Shown: positions 18,706 through 29,499 of the stretch, piece after piece | Position numbering within the stretch: position 1 is the stretch's first letter | Layout: each line of letters starts with the position of its first letter | Source: an uncultured Candidatus Binatia bacterium | Lineage (GTDB): Bacteria > Desulfobacterota > Binatia > UBA9968 > JAJDTQ01 | Assembly: GCA_965215605.1 (NCBI GenBank) | Contig: OZ244070.1 | Location: forward strand, 2,016,001-2,080,000 | Direction: 5' to 3' | Length of the DNA stretch: 64,000 nucleotides | Translations under genes and position numbers: made by a program | The notes under the pieces: generated by a model | Database searches by the model: none | What the model was told of the DNA's origin: nothing | Seen by the model: only the letters and a program-made list of their open reading frames with translations

Positions 18706-19932
18706 ATGAACCGCATGAACGAATTCGTTGACGCCGAAGGGGGCTTGCTGAATCGGCAGGTCTTCGTCTCCCAGGATATCTACGAGCAGGAGCTGGAGCG
18801 GATCTTCGCGCGCTGCTGGCTGTTCCTGGGACACGAGACCCAGATTCCCAATCCCAACGACTTCCTCGCCACCTACATGGGCGAGGACCCGGTGCTGCTG
18901 TGCCGGAGCGCGGACGGGAAGGTGCGGGCGTTTCTCAACATGTGCCGTCACCGGGGCAACCGGGTGTGCCGCGCCGACCAGGGCAACGCGAGCTCGTTCA
19001 TGTGCACCTACCACGGCTGGTGCTACAGCAACGACGGCAAGCTCATCGGCGTGCCGGGCATGAAGGAGATCTACAGCGGCGAGCTGGACATGACGCAGTG
19101 GGGTCTGGTGGAAGTGGCCCAGCTCGAGATCTACAAGGGGCTCGTCTTCGCCACCTTCGACCCGGACGCCCCGCCGCTGCTGCAGTACCTCGGCGGCCAG
19201 GACCAGGAACTGAGCTTCATGTTCGACCGCCGCGCCGGCGGCACCGAGATCATCGGCGGCGTGCACAAGTGGGTGATGAACGCCAACTGGAAGTACGCCG
19301 CCGACAACTTCTTCGGCGACGACGGCCACCACACCGTGACCCATGCGTCCGTGCGCCGCGTGCCCGTGGACGTCCGGTACTACCCGCAGACCAACGACGA
19401 TGCGCGCCCCGATACCGACCGGGGGCTCTCCCGGGTCGCCGAAGGTATCATACGGGACTACCACCACGAGCATTTCGACGAGCTGATCGAGCGCATCGGC
19501 CCCGACTTGGCCGACCGCCCCGGACTGGTCACCACCGTATTCCCCAACCTGTCGCCGAACTTCAGCCGGCACATGATCCGGTTGTGGCACCCCAAGGGCC
19601 CGGACAAGACCGAGATCTGGTCGTATTGCGTGGTGGACAAGGACGCGCCCGAGGAGGTGAAGACCGCCATGCGGCTGCACCTGACCCAGACCTTCGGCCC
19701 GGCCGGGAACCTGGAGCAGGACGACATGAACAACTGGATCCAGTGCACCGATACCGCGCGCGGCGTCATCGCGAAGCGCTACCCGCAGAACATCCAGGCC
19801 CATCTCGGACACGAGGACCGTTGCCCGCCCATCGGCGGCGGCCGGCGGCTGCGAGCCTTCTACTCCCGCTGGGAGATGATGATGAAGGCCGACACCTGGT
19901 CCGACGTCGACCTGGAGACCCGGTACTGGTGA
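18706..19932 (+). CDS. Aromatic ring-hydroxylating Rieske dioxygenase alpha subunit (copy 1)
   Basis: CRHRG...CTYHGW Rieske motif; [14 protein letters not shown] and EQDD mononuclear Fe site. Confidence 0.93.
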   Translation: MNRMNEFVDAEGGLLNRQVFVSQDIYEQELERIFARCWLFLGHETQIPNPNDFLATYMGEDPVLLCRSADGKVRAFLNMCRHRGNRVCRADQGNASSFMCTYHGWCYSNDGKLIGVPGMKEIYSGELDMTQWGLVEVAQLEIYKGLVFATFDPDAPPLLQYLGGQDQELSFMFDRRAGGTEIIGGVHKWVMNANWKYAADNFFGDDGHHTVTHASVRRVPVDVRYYPQTNDDARPDTDRGLSRVAEGIIRDYHHEHFDELIERIGPDLADRPGLVTTVFPNLSPNFSRHMIRLWHPKGPDKTEIWSYCVVDKDAPEEVKTAMRLHLTQTFGPAGNLEQDDMNNWIQCTDTARGVIAKRYPQNIQAHLGHEDRCPPIGGGRRLRAFYSRWEMMMKADTWSDVDLETRYW

Positions 19933-19981
19933 CGGCGCCGCAAGCTCCTGCGCACGGGACAACAGGGAAGGCGGAAGCAAC

Positions 19982-20494
19982 GTGAACGACCACGATCTTT
20001 GGCATGAGATCCAGGACTTCCTCGTCCGCGAGGCGCGGCTTCTGGACGACCGCGCGTTCGAGGAATGGCTGGAGCTTTTCACCGACGACATCGTCTACTG
20101 GATGCCGGAACGGACGAATCCCTGGGAAAGCGACGATCCCGCGGACAGCGTGTCCAAGCCCGGTGAGCTGGCGCTCTTCGAGGAGACCAAGGAGACTCTG
20201 CGCACCCGGGTGGCGCGTCTCGCCACCGGCATGGCGTGGTCGGAAGTGCCGCCGTCGCGCACGCGCCACCTCGTTACCAACATTCAGGTGGAACCCGGCG
20301 AGACGGACTCCGAGCTTCGCGTACGTTCGTATTTCATGGTGTACCGGACCCAGCTCGAGCACAGCCAGGACGTGTTCGTGGGGGAGCGGGACGACGTGTT
20401 GCGAAAGGTCGGCGATAAGTGGAAGATCGCCCGCCGCACCATCGTGCTGGACCAGGCAGTGCTCCAGTCGCCCAACCTGAGCATTTTCTTCTAG
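19982..20494 (+). CDS. Ring-hydroxylating dioxygenase beta subunit
   Basis: [27 protein letters not shown]. Confidence 0.93.
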   Translation: MNDHDLWHEIQDFLVREARLLDDRAFEEWLELFTDDIVYWMPERTNPWESDDPADSVSKPGELALFEETKETLRTRVARLATGMAWSEVPPSRTRHLVTNIQVEPGETDSELRVRSYFMVYRTQLEHSQDVFVGERDDVLRKVGDKWKIARRTIVLDQAVLQSPNLSIFF

Positions 20495-20505
20495 GGGGTA
20501 GCGGG

Positions 20506-21741
20506 ATGAACCAACTGAACGATCTCGTGGACACCCGGCAAGGGTTGCTGGACCGCCGGATCTTCGTCTCCAAAGACGTCTACCAGCAGGAGCTGGAACG
20601 GATCTTCGCCCGCTGCTGGCTGTTCCTGGGACACGAGACCCAGATCCCCAACCCCAACGATTTCCTCGCCACCTACATGGGCGAGGACCCGGTGCTGCTC
20701 TGCCGGGGAGGAGACGGCACCATCCGGGCGTTTCTCAACATGTGCCGTCACCGGGGCAACCGGGTGTGCCGCGCCGACCAAGGCAACGCCAGCTCGTTCA
20801 TGTGCACCTACCACGGCTGGTGCTACAGCAACGACGGCAAGCTCATCGGCGTGCCGGGCATGAAGGAGATCTACAGCGGCGAGCTGGATATGACGCAATG
20901 GGGGCTGGTGGAAGTGGCCCAACTGGATGTGCACAAGGGGCTTGTCTTCGCCACCTTCGATCCCAAGGCGCCGCCGCTGCTGGACTACCTCGGCGGCCAG
21001 GAGCAGGAGCTCGGCGTCATGTTCGACCGCCGCGCCGGCGGCACCGAGATCATCGGCGGCGTTCACAAGTGGGTGATGAACGCCAACTGGAAGTACGCCG
21101 CCGACAACTTCTTCGGCGACGACGGCCACCACACCATCACCCACGTGTCGGTGCGCGAGGTGCCGGTGGACGACCTGTCCTACCCCCGCACCAACGAGGA
21201 GCCCCGCCCCTATTCCGACGACATCGGCTTCACCCGGGTGGCCGGAGGCATCATCCGGGACTACCTGCTTGACCACTTCGACGAGGCCGTGCAACGCATC
21301 GGCCCGGACCTCGCCCAGCAGGCCGGGCTCGTCACCACCGTCTTCCCCAACGTCTCCCCCAACTTCATCCGCCACATGATCCGCGTCTGGCACCCCCGGG
21401 GCCCGGAGAAGACCGAGATCTGGTCCTACTGCGTCGTCGACAAGGAAGCGCCCCCGGAGATCAAGACCGCCATGCGCCGCCACCTCACCCAGACCTTCGG
21501 CCCCAGCGGCAACCTCGAGCAGGACGACATGAACAACTGGGAGCAGTGCACCGGCACCGCCCGCGGCGTCATCGCCCGCCGCTACCCCCAGAACATCCAG
21601 GCCCACCTCGGCCACGAGGAAAAGTCCGGCGCCTTCGGCGGCGGCAAGCGCCTGCGCCAGTTCTACGCCCGCTGGGCGACGATGATGGAGGCGGAGAGCT
21701 GGGGGGAGGTGGATCTGCCCTCCGAGAGTCGGTCAGTTTAG
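20506..21741 (+). CDS. Rieske dioxygenase alpha subunit (copy 2, close paralog)
   Basis: Same motifs as copy 1; near-identical DNA in the 5' half at exactly 1800 bp offset. Confidence 0.93.
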   Translation: MNQLNDLVDTRQGLLDRRIFVSKDVYQQELERIFARCWLFLGHETQIPNPNDFLATYMGEDPVLLCRGGDGTIRAFLNMCRHRGNRVCRADQGNASSFMCTYHGWCYSNDGKLIGVPGMKEIYSGELDMTQWGLVEVAQLDVHKGLVFATFDPKAPPLLDYLGGQEQELGVMFDRRAGGTEIIGGVHKWVMNANWKYAADNFFGDDGHHTITHVSVREVPVDDLSYPRTNEEPRPYSDDIGFTRVAGGIIRDYLLDHFDEAVQRIGPDLAQQAGLVTTVFPNVSPNFIRHMIRVWHPRGPEKTEIWSYCVVDKEAPPEIKTAMRRHLTQTFGPSGNLEQDDMNNWEQCTGTARGVIARRYPQNIQAHLGHEEKSGAFGGGKRLRQFYARWATMMEAESWGEVDLPSESRSV

Positions 21742-21768
21742 CCACCGTTTCGGGTTTCCTTGAGAGAC

Positions 21769-21844
<76 letters not shown>

Positions 21845-21941
21845 GATGAGGGTCTGGGTGGGCGGGTAATTACCAATTTAACAGTCGGTTGCGCGGGTGG
21901 GCAAGCCATTCCGCGTGGTTCTCGAGAACCCTGACGGGGCC

Positions 21942-22739
21942 TTACCGCGCCGCCATCCGCCCTCCCTCCACGGGCAGGTCCGCGCCGGTGATGTAGTCGG
22001 CCCAGCGGGAGGCCAGGAACAGCACCGGACCGACGAAGTCTTCGACCTCGCCTTTGCGTCCCAGGGCGGGCGGGGTGAACTCCCCGGCGGTGATGGAGGG
22101 CTCCGGTCCCGGCCCCTGGCCTTTCGTGTGGGCTTCGTACTCGTAGATGGTGGTGAGGCGGTTGGGGGTGAAGCCGGGGCTGACGGAGTTGACGTTGATG
22201 TTGTCGCGGCCGAGCTCCACGGCCATCTGTCGCGTGAGCATGACGACGCCGCCTTTGGCGGCGCTGTAGGCGGAGCCGCCGGCGCTGCCCCGGTGTCCGG
22301 CGATGGAGGCGATGTTGACGATCTTGCCGCCGCCCTGGCGCTTCATCACCGGGGCCACGTGGCGGGTGGTGAGGTAGGCGGCCTTGAGGCAGATGTCGAG
22401 CACGAAGTCCCATTCGCCGGGCTCCATCTCGATGATGGTCTTGGGCGGGTAGATCTGTACGGCCGCGGCGTTGACCACCACGTCGATGGTGCCGAAGCGC
22501 TCCACCACGCCGGCCACCATGCGGGCCACGTCGGCGTCGTCAGAGATGTCGCCCGGGGCGGGAACCGCCGTTACGTCCCCGTTGAGCTTGTCGATGCACT
22601 CCAGGGCCTTCTCTTCCTTGAGGTCGTTGATGGCCAGCTTGGCGCCGTGATCGGTGAAGCCCTGCGAAAAGGCGGTGCCGAGCACGCCGGCGCCGCCGGT
22701 GATCAGAACCACCTTGTCCTTGAGTCCGAGATCTCTCAT
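21942..22739 (-). CDS. SDR family oxidoreductase
   Basis: TGGAGVLG, NIAS, YSAAK, VNSVSPG. Confidence 0.92.
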   Translation of the reverse strand: MRDLGLKDKVVLITGGAGVLGTAFSQGFTDHGAKLAINDLKEEKALECIDKLNGDVTAVPAPGDISDDADVARMVAGVVERFGTIDVVVNAAAVQIYPPKTIIEMEPGEWDFVLDICLKAAYLTTRHVAPVMKRQGGGKIVNIASIAGHRGSAGGSAYSAAKGGVVMLTRQMAVELGRDNINVNSVSPGFTPNRLTTIYEYEAHTKGQGPGPEPSITAGEFTPPALGRKGEVEDFVGPVLFLASRWADYITGADLPVEGGRMAAR

Positions 22740-22768
22740 TGAATGTCTCCTGCGCCTTGAAACGCCCG

Positions 22769-23476
22769 CTACCGCTGGGCCGCCCGGAGCCGCGGGACGG
22801 CTCGCAGCGACTCGACGTGCGCCAGGGCCTCTGCCCGGGTCACCACGGTGGCGTACTTGCTGTTCATCTCGTAGAGGTTCACGAGATGCGAGAACTGCGA
22901 GCGGTCGAACGTGCCTTCCTCCACCACGAACACATTGTATCCGTTGGAATAGCCGTCGATGACCGTGGAGCGCACGCATCCGGAGGTGGAGGCGCCGGTG
23001 ACGATCAGCGAGTCCACGCCCTTGCGCGTCAGATAGGTGGTCAGGTGGGTGCCGAAGAACGCGCTGGCGCGGGCCTTGTGAACCACCCACTCGTCCTTTC
23101 GCGGACGGATCATCTGCGGGAACTGCACCGCCTGTTCGCTCGCGGTGGTGGGTTCCGCGGCGCGCTTGGTGGCGTTTCCGAAGACCGCCTTGAAGTCGGG
23201 GTCGCTGGTGGAATAGACCACCGGCACCTTGCTCTTGCGGCACGCCACCAGCAGCTTGCGGATGTGGGGCAACGCCTGCCACGCGGCCTTGCCGCAGCTC
23301 GACCGAAACTCGTCGATGGCGTCCAGGGTTTCCATCGGTTTGGTCCCGGTGAAGGCGGTGATGACGTCGATGATGAGCAGCGCGGGCCGCTGTCCGAACG
23401 GCTGCTTGCCCTTGTAGCCGGCCTTCTCGTAGATCCGGCGGTCGTATTCCGGGACGATCTTTTCCCAATCTCTCAT
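22769..23476 (-). CDS. Isochorismatase-family cysteine hydrolase (maleamate/N-carbamoylsarcosine amidase-like)
   Basis: PALLIID, K..ASAFFGT, GASTSGCVRST. Confidence 0.88.
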   Translation of the reverse strand: MRDWEKIVPEYDRRIYEKAGYKGKQPFGQRPALLIIDVITAFTGTKPMETLDAIDEFRSSCGKAAWQALPHIRKLLVACRKSKVPVVYSTSDPDFKAVFGNATKRAAEPTTASEQAVQFPQMIRPRKDEWVVHKARASAFFGTHLTTYLTRKGVDSLIVTGASTSGCVRSTVIDGYSNGYNVFVVEEGTFDRSQFSHLVNLYEMNSKYATVVTRAEALAHVESLRAVPRLRAAQR

Positions 23477-23523
23477 GTTGTGCCTCCTGGGAGTTTCGGG
23501 GCTGCGTGCCGGTCCCGGCACGA

Positions 23524-23546
23524 GCGGGTTTGAAACCCGCCCCTAC
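23524..23546 (-). repeat. GTAG-type REP-like palindrome
   Basis: Reverse complement GTAGGGGCGGGTTTCAAACCCGC, matching the 18554 copy. Confidence 0.7.
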
Positions 23547-23620
23547 ACATACCCCAACCGCGGATGACACTCAAATGTGGAGCGGAGAAGGGTTGTCCGA
23601 TTACGCCGCGTTGTTCCGGC

Positions 23621-24103
23621 CTATGGGAAGAAGGTCAGCTTGACCAGCAAGGCCAGGATGGTCGGGCCGAAGCTGAACACGGCGAAACGGAGGACGGCGA
23701 CCTGCTTCTCGAGTTTTGAGAAGGTTTCCTTGGTGGTGAGCTCAAGTCGCGCAAGGTCTTCTTTGGTGGCCATGTTGGTTTCGACCTTGGTGATGCGGGC
23801 TTCGAGTTCGGCGAAGTCCTCCTTGGTGGCGGCCTCAAGTCTGGCGAACTCCTCCTTGGTGGCGGCCTCAAGTCTGGCGAACTCCCCCTTGGTGGCGGTC
23901 TCAAGTCTGGCGAAGCCCTCCTTGGTGGCAGCCTCAAGTCTGGCGAACTCCGCCTTGGTGGCGGCCTCGAATCTGGCCATGTCTTCTTTGGTCGCCATGC
24001 TCTCGGCTGGTGGTACGGCACCGGCAGCAGCCTTCGCTCGGTCCGGGGAAGCTCCGGCTTCGATCAGCGCATCGTAGACTTCGGAAACGATCAGGCCCAT
24101 CAT
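23621..24103 (-). CDS. DUF1640/CCDC90/Bdr-like coiled-coil protein with a C-terminal membrane anchor
   Basis: EVYDALIEAGA..RAKAAA head, ATKE repeats, hydrophobic tail. Confidence 0.75.
   Translation of the reverse strand: MMGLIVSEVYDALIEAGASPDRAKAAAGAVPPAESMATKEDMARFEAATKAEFARLEAATKEGFARLETATKGEFARLEAATKEEFARLEAATKEDFAELEARITKVETNMATKEDLARLELTTKETFSKLEKQVAVLRFAVFSFGPTILALLVKLTFFP
23799..23996 (-). repeat. 33-bp coding tandem repeat (6 units of ATKxxFARLEA)
   Basis: CCTTGGTGGCGGCCTCAAGTCTGGCGAACT-like units visible directly. Confidence 0.85.
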
Positions 24104-24300
24104 TGCATCTCCGGACGCGATGCTGGCGCGTGTACGGTTCGTTCCAGAACATGACGCCAAGAAACGACGGTAAAGTCAAGAATGGTCATGTAGAGAACAA
24201 TCGGCGTTCGGTGGGAGTTCTTTAGCCTCCACTCGGGCCACTCCGCCTGGTTTCGCGCTCGCGGGAGCTACGGAGCGGTGGCTCGGCTGGGAAGCCGCGG

Positions 24301-24927
24301 TCAGGCCCGTAGCGCCGCCATCATGTCCCGGGCCGCGGCCTTGGGGTCGGGGGCTTCGGAGATGGCGGAGATGAGGGCGATGCGGGCGGTGCCGTGGGCC
24401 TTGATCTCGGGGATGTGGTGCGGCTTGATGCCGCCGATGGCGAAAACCGGGACGGTCGCCGCGTCTGTGACGACCTTGAGCGCGGCGGGTCTCTGGGGGT
24501 CGCCGAACGCGAGCTTGGAGCTGGTGGGGTAGACGGGTCCGAACAGGACGAAGTCGGCGCCCGCCGCGGCGGCGGCGAGCACTTCCTCCAGTGAATGCGT
24601 GGAGACGCCGAGCCTGCGGTCCGGACCCAGCAGTTCACGAGCCACCTCGACGGGCAGGGAGTTCGCCGCCAGGTGCACGCCGGCGGCGTCCGCGGCCAGC
24701 GCCACGTCCACGCGGTCGTTGATGAAAAGCGCCGCGCCGTAGCGGTCGCACAGCCGCTTCACCGTGCGGGCCAACTCCAGCAGTTCCCGTCCTCCCAGGT
24801 CTTTCTCCCGGAGTTGTACGGCCCGGATGCCGCCCTCCAGTGCCTGCTCCAGCATCCACGGGAGATCGCGGCCCGCCGTGGCGTGGCGGTCCGTGACGAG
24901 ATAGAGGTCGAAGTCGATGGAATTCAA
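24301..24927 (-). CDS. thiE: Thiamine phosphate synthase
   Basis: LYLVTD, VQLREK, INDRVD, GVSTH, AIGGI; start uncertain (ORF is open to 24993). Confidence 0.9.
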   Translation of the reverse strand: MNSIDFDLYLVTDRHATAGRDLPWMLEQALEGGIRAVQLREKDLGGRELLELARTVKRLCDRYGAALFINDRVDVALAADAAGVHLAANSLPVEVARELLGPDRRLGVSTHSLEEVLAAAAAGADFVLFGPVYPTSSKLAFGDPQRPAALKVVTDAATVPVFAIGGIKPHHIPEIKAHGTARIALISAISEAPDPKAAARDMMAALRA

Positions 24928-25002
24928 GGGCTTCTTGCCGCACGGACAGCGAAGTCGACGGATCTCACGGGTTGCCGTCCGACGGCCCCTCACGGCTTCC
25001 GG

Positions 25003-25812
25003 TCAGTGAAGCAGCCCCTCGATGGGACTGGAGGCGGTGGCGTAGAGCTTCCTGGGAATGCGGCCGGCCAGGAAGGCCTTGCGCCCGGCCTCGACGGCCT
25101 GCCTCATGGCGTCGGCCATGAGCACGGGATCCTTGGCGCCGGCGATGGCGGTGTTCATGAGCACGCCGTCGCAGCCCATCTCCATGACGATGGCCGCGTC
25201 GGAGGCGGTGCCCACGCCGGCGTCGACGATGACCGGGATGGAGACGTTCTCCTGGATGATGCGGATGTTGTACGGGTTGCGGATGCCCAGGCCCGAGCCG
25301 ATGGGCGCGGCCAGGGGCATCACCGCGGCGCAGCCCATGTCTTCGAGTTTCTTGGCGGTGACCACGTCGTCGCTGATGTACGGCAGCACGGTGAAGCCGT
25401 CTTCGATGAGCAGGCGGGCCGCCTCCAGGGTCCCCGGCGTGTCCGGGAACAGGGTCTTGTCGTCGCCGATGACCTCGAGCTTGACCATGCTGCCGACCCC
25501 GGCCTCCCGCGCCAGGCGGCAGGTGCGCACGGCTTCCTCCGGGGTGTAGCAGCCCGCGGTGTTGGGCAGAATCGTGAACTTCCCGGGGTCCAGGTAGTCG
25601 AGCAGGTTCTCCTGGTCCGGATCGGTGATGTTTACGCGCCGGACCGCCACCGTGACGATCTCCGCCCCGGAGACCTCGATGGCCTTGCGGGTCTCTTCGA
25701 AGTCGCGATACTTGCCCGTCCCGACGATCAGCCGCGACCGGAATTCCTTTCCGGCCAGCCGCAGGCAATCGGACGATGCCGCCTCCGGGACTTGCGGTTT
25801 GGGTTCGGTCAT
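25003..25812 (-). CDS. thiG: Thiazole synthase
   Basis: [34 protein letters not shown]. Confidence 0.96.
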   Translation of the reverse strand: MTEPKPQVPEAASSDCLRLAGKEFRSRLIVGTGKYRDFEETRKAIEVSGAEIVTVAVRRVNITDPDQENLLDYLDPGKFTILPNTAGCYTPEEAVRTCRLAREAGVGSMVKLEVIGDDKTLFPDTPGTLEAARLLIEDGFTVLPYISDDVVTAKKLEDMGCAAVMPLAAPIGSGLGIRNPYNIRIIQENVSIPVIVDAGVGTASDAAIVMEMGCDGVLMNTAIAGAKDPVLMADAMRQAVEAGRKAFLAGRIPRKLYATASSPIEGLLH

Positions 25813-25816
25813 GGCT

Positions 25817-26017
25817 CTATCCGCCGCCGACGAACTGGACGATCTCCACCTCGTCGCCTTCCTTCAATCGCGTGGCGCCGTGCGCGTCCCGGGAGACGAC
25901 CTCGGCGTTGATCTCGACGACCACGCGTCCGGGCCGGATCTCAAGGTCCTCCAGGAGTTGGGCGACGCTCAAGTCCGGCGTCACTTCGCTGTCCTTGCCG
26001 TTGATACGGATGACCAC
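25817..26017 (-). CDS. thiS: Sulfur carrier protein ThiS
   Basis: IRING...VVVEIN...[14 protein letters not shown]-terminus. Confidence 0.93.
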   Translation of the reverse strand: MVIRINGKDSEVTPDLSVAQLLEDLEIRPGRVVVEINAEVVSRDAHGATRLKEGDEVEIVQFVGGG

Positions 26018-26115
26018 CAAGAAATCCTCGCGGGCAAGATCCCGCGCAGCTACATTATCGCATATCCCGAGCGGGACGCCAGTGATCGGTGCGGGTCGAA
26101 CAGCCGGTCCTGCCG

Positions 26116-27063
26116 CTACCGAGCGGCTGCGATCTTCACCTCCAGCACGCCGATGCCCTCCACCTCGCCTTCCACCTTGTCGCCGACGTTGAGGAAGATG
26201 GGCGGGGTGCGGGCAAACCCGACACCCGACGGCGTTCCCGTGCTGATGATGTCGCCCGGCTCCAGAGTCAGGCCGTCGGACAGCGACTCGATGGTCGCGG
26301 GGATGTCGAAGATCATGTCCCGGGTGTTGCCGTCCTGCATGGTCTCGCCGTTGACGCGGCACTGCAGCCTGACCGCCTTCGGATCGGGCATGGCGCTCTT
26401 GTGCACGATGCTGGGCCCCAGCGGGCAGAAGGTGTCCAGCGACTTGCCCTTCCACCACTGGAGGTGGCGGCGCTGCAGGTCGCGTGCGGTCATGTCCAGG
26501 CAGACGGTGTAGCCGAAGATGTAGTCGTTGGCCTTGGCGGGGGGGATGTTCCGGCCCTTCCGGCCGATGACCACGGCCAACTCCACCTCCCAGTCGATCT
26601 TGCTGGTGGCCGAATGCGCGAGCACCTTGCCCTGGTCGCCGATGACCGCGGTGGCGGGCTTGGTGAAGAACACCGGCACCTCGGGCGTGTTGAGTTGGAC
26701 TCCCCGTGCGCGCACGCCTTCGTCGATATGTTCCTGGTAGTTGACTCCCAGGCAGATGACGTTCTTCCGGGGCTCGGGGATCGGCGACAGCAGCCGGACG
26801 CGGTTCCGTTTCACCAGCATCTCCGCCTGGGCGAGTCTCCGGAAGCCCTTGGAATCCAGCCCCTCCACGTACCGCGCCGCCTTCTTTGCCGTAGTGACGG
26901 CCTTGGCGCCTGCTTCGATGAAGGTCTGCATGCTGTCCAGATACGAGGCGGTGCTTCCCGGCAGGTAACGCCTGCTGACCTCCCGTAGATCGATGATCTG
27001 TTCGTCCTCGGTCATCATGCCGAGGCGGGTCTTGCCGCGAAAAGTGTAGGTGACGAAGCGCAT
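26116..27063 (-). CDS. Fumarylacetoacetate hydrolase family protein
   Basis: GVNY..H, DWEVEL, DMTARD, KGKS, GDIISTGTPSGVG. Confidence 0.92.
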   Translation of the reverse strand: MRFVTYTFRGKTRLGMMTEDEQIIDLREVSRRYLPGSTASYLDSMQTFIEAGAKAVTTAKKAARYVEGLDSKGFRRLAQAEMLVKRNRVRLLSPIPEPRKNVICLGVNYQEHIDEGVRARGVQLNTPEVPVFFTKPATAVIGDQGKVLAHSATSKIDWEVELAVVIGRKGRNIPPAKANDYIFGYTVCLDMTARDLQRRHLQWWKGKSLDTFCPLGPSIVHKSAMPDPKAVRLQCRVNGETMQDGNTRDMIFDIPATIESLSDGLTLEPGDIISTGTPSGVGFARTPPIFLNVGDKVEGEVEGIGVLEVKIAAAR

Positions 27064-27300
27064 CGACGAACTCTCCTCCCTTCCGGTCTCTCGGCCGGAA
27101 CTTTCGCGGGGCCTCTCCCGCCTCTTCTGAATATCCGTGTGGACTGGCGCTCGGAAAAAGCGCCATATCCTCATAGGAGAAGCGCCGTACCGTTGTCAAC
27201 CCGCTGGCACACCCGCACCGGGCGGCCCGCGAAATTGCGCGGATGGGTAGGTGGTGGTACCTTTCGTCATGTGAAACGGACCAAGGGACAGCGCGCCGCC

Positions 27301-27498
27301 ATGGAGGTCGGCGACCGCGTGATGGTAAAGGGCGACTTGCGCAGGCAGGTCATGCTGGTGGCCAGGACGGAGATTCCCCACTCGACCCAGAAGGTCTTCG
27401 TCACGCGGTCGGGCGGGGACTTTACCGTGGGGCTGAAGCTCTGGAAGTCGGACTACATCTGGAGCGAAAAGAACCAGATGTGGGTTTCGAAGCACTGA
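27301..27498 (+). CDS. Small hypothetical protein (65 aa)
   Basis: MEVGDRVMVKG beta-rich start; fits the gap before holA. Confidence 0.5.
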   Translation: MEVGDRVMVKGDLRRQVMLVARTEIPHSTQKVFVTRSGGDFTVGLKLWKSDYIWSEKNQMWVSKH

Positions 27499-27522
27499 CG
27501 GCCCGTTCTGCGGTGCGGCTGG

Positions 27523-28839
27523 ATGGCGCAAGACCTCGAAAAGCTCCTGGAGAGCCTCCGCGAAGGGAAGGGGCCTCCCATCATTCTGCTCCACGGCGAC
27601 GAGTTCCGCGTCCGCGGGGCGCGGCGCGCCATCCTCAACCTCATCGCCCCTGATTCCGACCGCGCCCTCGGCACCGCGACGTTCGACGGCCGGACCGCTT
27701 CCTGGGACGAGGTCGAGGCCGCCCTCATGACCCCGTCGCTGTTCACCCCTGCCTGCACCGTGGTGGTGGAATACGTTCCCTGGTTTGCCCCCGCCGAACG
27801 CAAGGTGGATCTGCTGGACAAGTGCCTGGGTCTCTGGGAGGAGGGGCGCCGCGACGACAGCGGACGCGCCTTCATGGCGTTGCTGCGATCGGAAGGGTGG
27901 ACGCGGGAGCGCTGGTTGGAGGCGACGGATGCGTCGGAGCTGGCGGCAACCCTCAAGAACTACCGGGCGCACGAACGGGAGCTCGGGGCCGTCTGGCAAT
28001 TCTGCCGCGAGCAGGAGCTGGTTCCCGGAACTCCCCGGGCCGACGAGCAGGGAAGAGTCCTGCAACTGCTGGAGCGGGGGTTGCCGGACGGCGCGCGCCT
28101 GCTGCTCCTGGCGCCTCAGGTGGACAAGCGCGGGCGCGGCTACAAGCAGTTGAGCCGCCACGGCTGCGTCGTCGATCTGTCGGTGGAACGGGACCGGAGC
28201 GGACGCATCCGCCGGGAGTCTCTTGCCGGCTTTCTCGACCAGCGCCTCCGGCGGGCGCGCAAGCGCATCGATCCGCAGGCCCGGGAGGCGGTGCTGTCCC
28301 GGTGCGGCAATGAGCTCTGGGCCGTCCACCAGGAGATCGAGAAGCTGCTGCTGTACGTGGGGGAGGCGGAGACCGTGAGTGTTTCCGACGTCGAGGAGAT
28401 CTTCACGGACCAGTCGGAGAGCTGGGTGTTCGACCTGACGGACGCCTTGGGCGAGAGGGATGCGCTCCAGGCCCTGGGCTTTTTGCGGCGGCTCATGGCC
28501 AACGGCGAGTACCCGCTGCGGGTGTTGGGCGCCATCGCCAGCCAGGTGCGCCGCCTGCTGGGCGCCCGGCAGCTCCTGGACCGCGGGCTGGCCAGGGTCT
28601 GGCACGGGCGCATGTCCTACACCGAGTTCCAGCAACGGGTCCCCGCCGACACCGAGGGGCTCCCCACCAAGAGCGCCTACGCCAACTACCTCACGCTGCA
28701 GCGGGCCGAGCGGTTCACCCTGCCCGAGCTCAAGGGCTTTCTCCGGTCGATCCACGACACCGACGTCCGGCTCAAGTCGTCCGGCCACCAGCCCCAGGCC
28801 GTCATGGAGCGGTTGATCCTCGAGATGTGCCGTCCCTGA
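27523..28839 (+). CDS. holA: DNA polymerase III delta subunit (long form)
   Basis: LLHGDE, SLF, VDKR, EIEKLLLY, VFDLTDAL, D..LKSS. Confidence 0.85.
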   Translation: MAQDLEKLLESLREGKGPPIILLHGDEFRVRGARRAILNLIAPDSDRALGTATFDGRTASWDEVEAALMTPSLFTPACTVVVEYVPWFAPAERKVDLLDKCLGLWEEGRRDDSGRAFMALLRSEGWTRERWLEATDASELAATLKNYRAHERELGAVWQFCREQELVPGTPRADEQGRVLQLLERGLPDGARLLLLAPQVDKRGRGYKQLSRHGCVVDLSVERDRSGRIRRESLAGFLDQRLRRARKRIDPQAREAVLSRCGNELWAVHQEIEKLLLYVGEAETVSVSDVEEIFTDQSESWVFDLTDALGERDALQALGFLRRLMANGEYPLRVLGAIASQVRRLLGARQLLDRGLARVWHGRMSYTEFQQRVPADTEGLPTKSAYANYLTLQRAERFTLPELKGFLRSIHDTDVRLKSSGHQPQAVMERLILEMCRP

Positions 28840-28890
28840 AAAGTTCTTCCTCCGCTAAGGTTTCCGCCCGTCCCGCCGATTACTGGAGGT

Positions 28891-29373
28891 ATGGCGCGAG
28901 AATTCTTGCGACGGCTCTCCCTCCCCTTGGCCGCGCTCGTGATCGGGGCGTTCCTTTCCGGCTTCTTCGTTCATTTCCTGTACGGACGCTGGAGCGGGGT
29001 GTGCGCGGAGCTCCCGGCCGGGGCCTCGGCCGGCGCCCCCGATGCATCGGCCAACGGCCTGCCGTTGGTGGACGTGATGGAGGTGGAACGGCTGAAGGAG
29101 CTGGCCGGGGTGATGGCGCGGGTCCGGGGCCGGGTCTTTCGCGTGGGACACTCGTCCAAGAGCAACACCTACTTCCTGGATTTCGGCCCTTCCCGATCCG
29201 CTTTCACCGCCGTCATCTTCTCCTCCACGGTGGACGCATTCCTGCGCGAGAACGCCCACCCGAAGCAGTTCCGGGGAAAGGAAGTGGAGCTCACCGGACG
29301 GATCAAGGACGATCCCAAGTACGGCCTGGAGATGATCCTGGAGAGCCCGGCTCAGATCAAGGCGCTGCCCTGA
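28891..29373 (+). CDS. Membrane-anchored OB-fold protein
   Basis: N-terminal TM; V.G.V...FLDFG...FTAVIF...GKEVELTGRI. Confidence 0.65.
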   Translation: MAREFLRRLSLPLAALVIGAFLSGFFVHFLYGRWSGVCAELPAGASAGAPDASANGLPLVDVMEVERLKELAGVMARVRGRVFRVGHSSKSNTYFLDFGPSRSAFTAVIFSSTVDAFLRENAHPKQFRGKEVELTGRIKDDPKYGLEMILESPAQIKALP

Positions 29374-29499
29374 AGTCAGCCGAACGCCGGACGCAGGAGC
29401 CGGTCTCGAACACGCCCGCGCGCCGGCCGGGCACTTGCCACGGTCCGGCTTTTCTTGGATCGTCCGGTGTTTTCGGATAATATCCGCGCTGGCGGCAGA

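Noticed and set aside
22769-23476. True isochorismatase linked to the men cluster or siderophore synthesis
   Set aside because: It has the catalytic Cys motif (TSGCVR) of amidase-type members and lies 13 kb from menF
26018-26115. TPP riboswitch upstream of thiS
   Set aside because: GATAATG is present, but there is no CTGAGA or the other conserved TPP elements; more likely a -10 region
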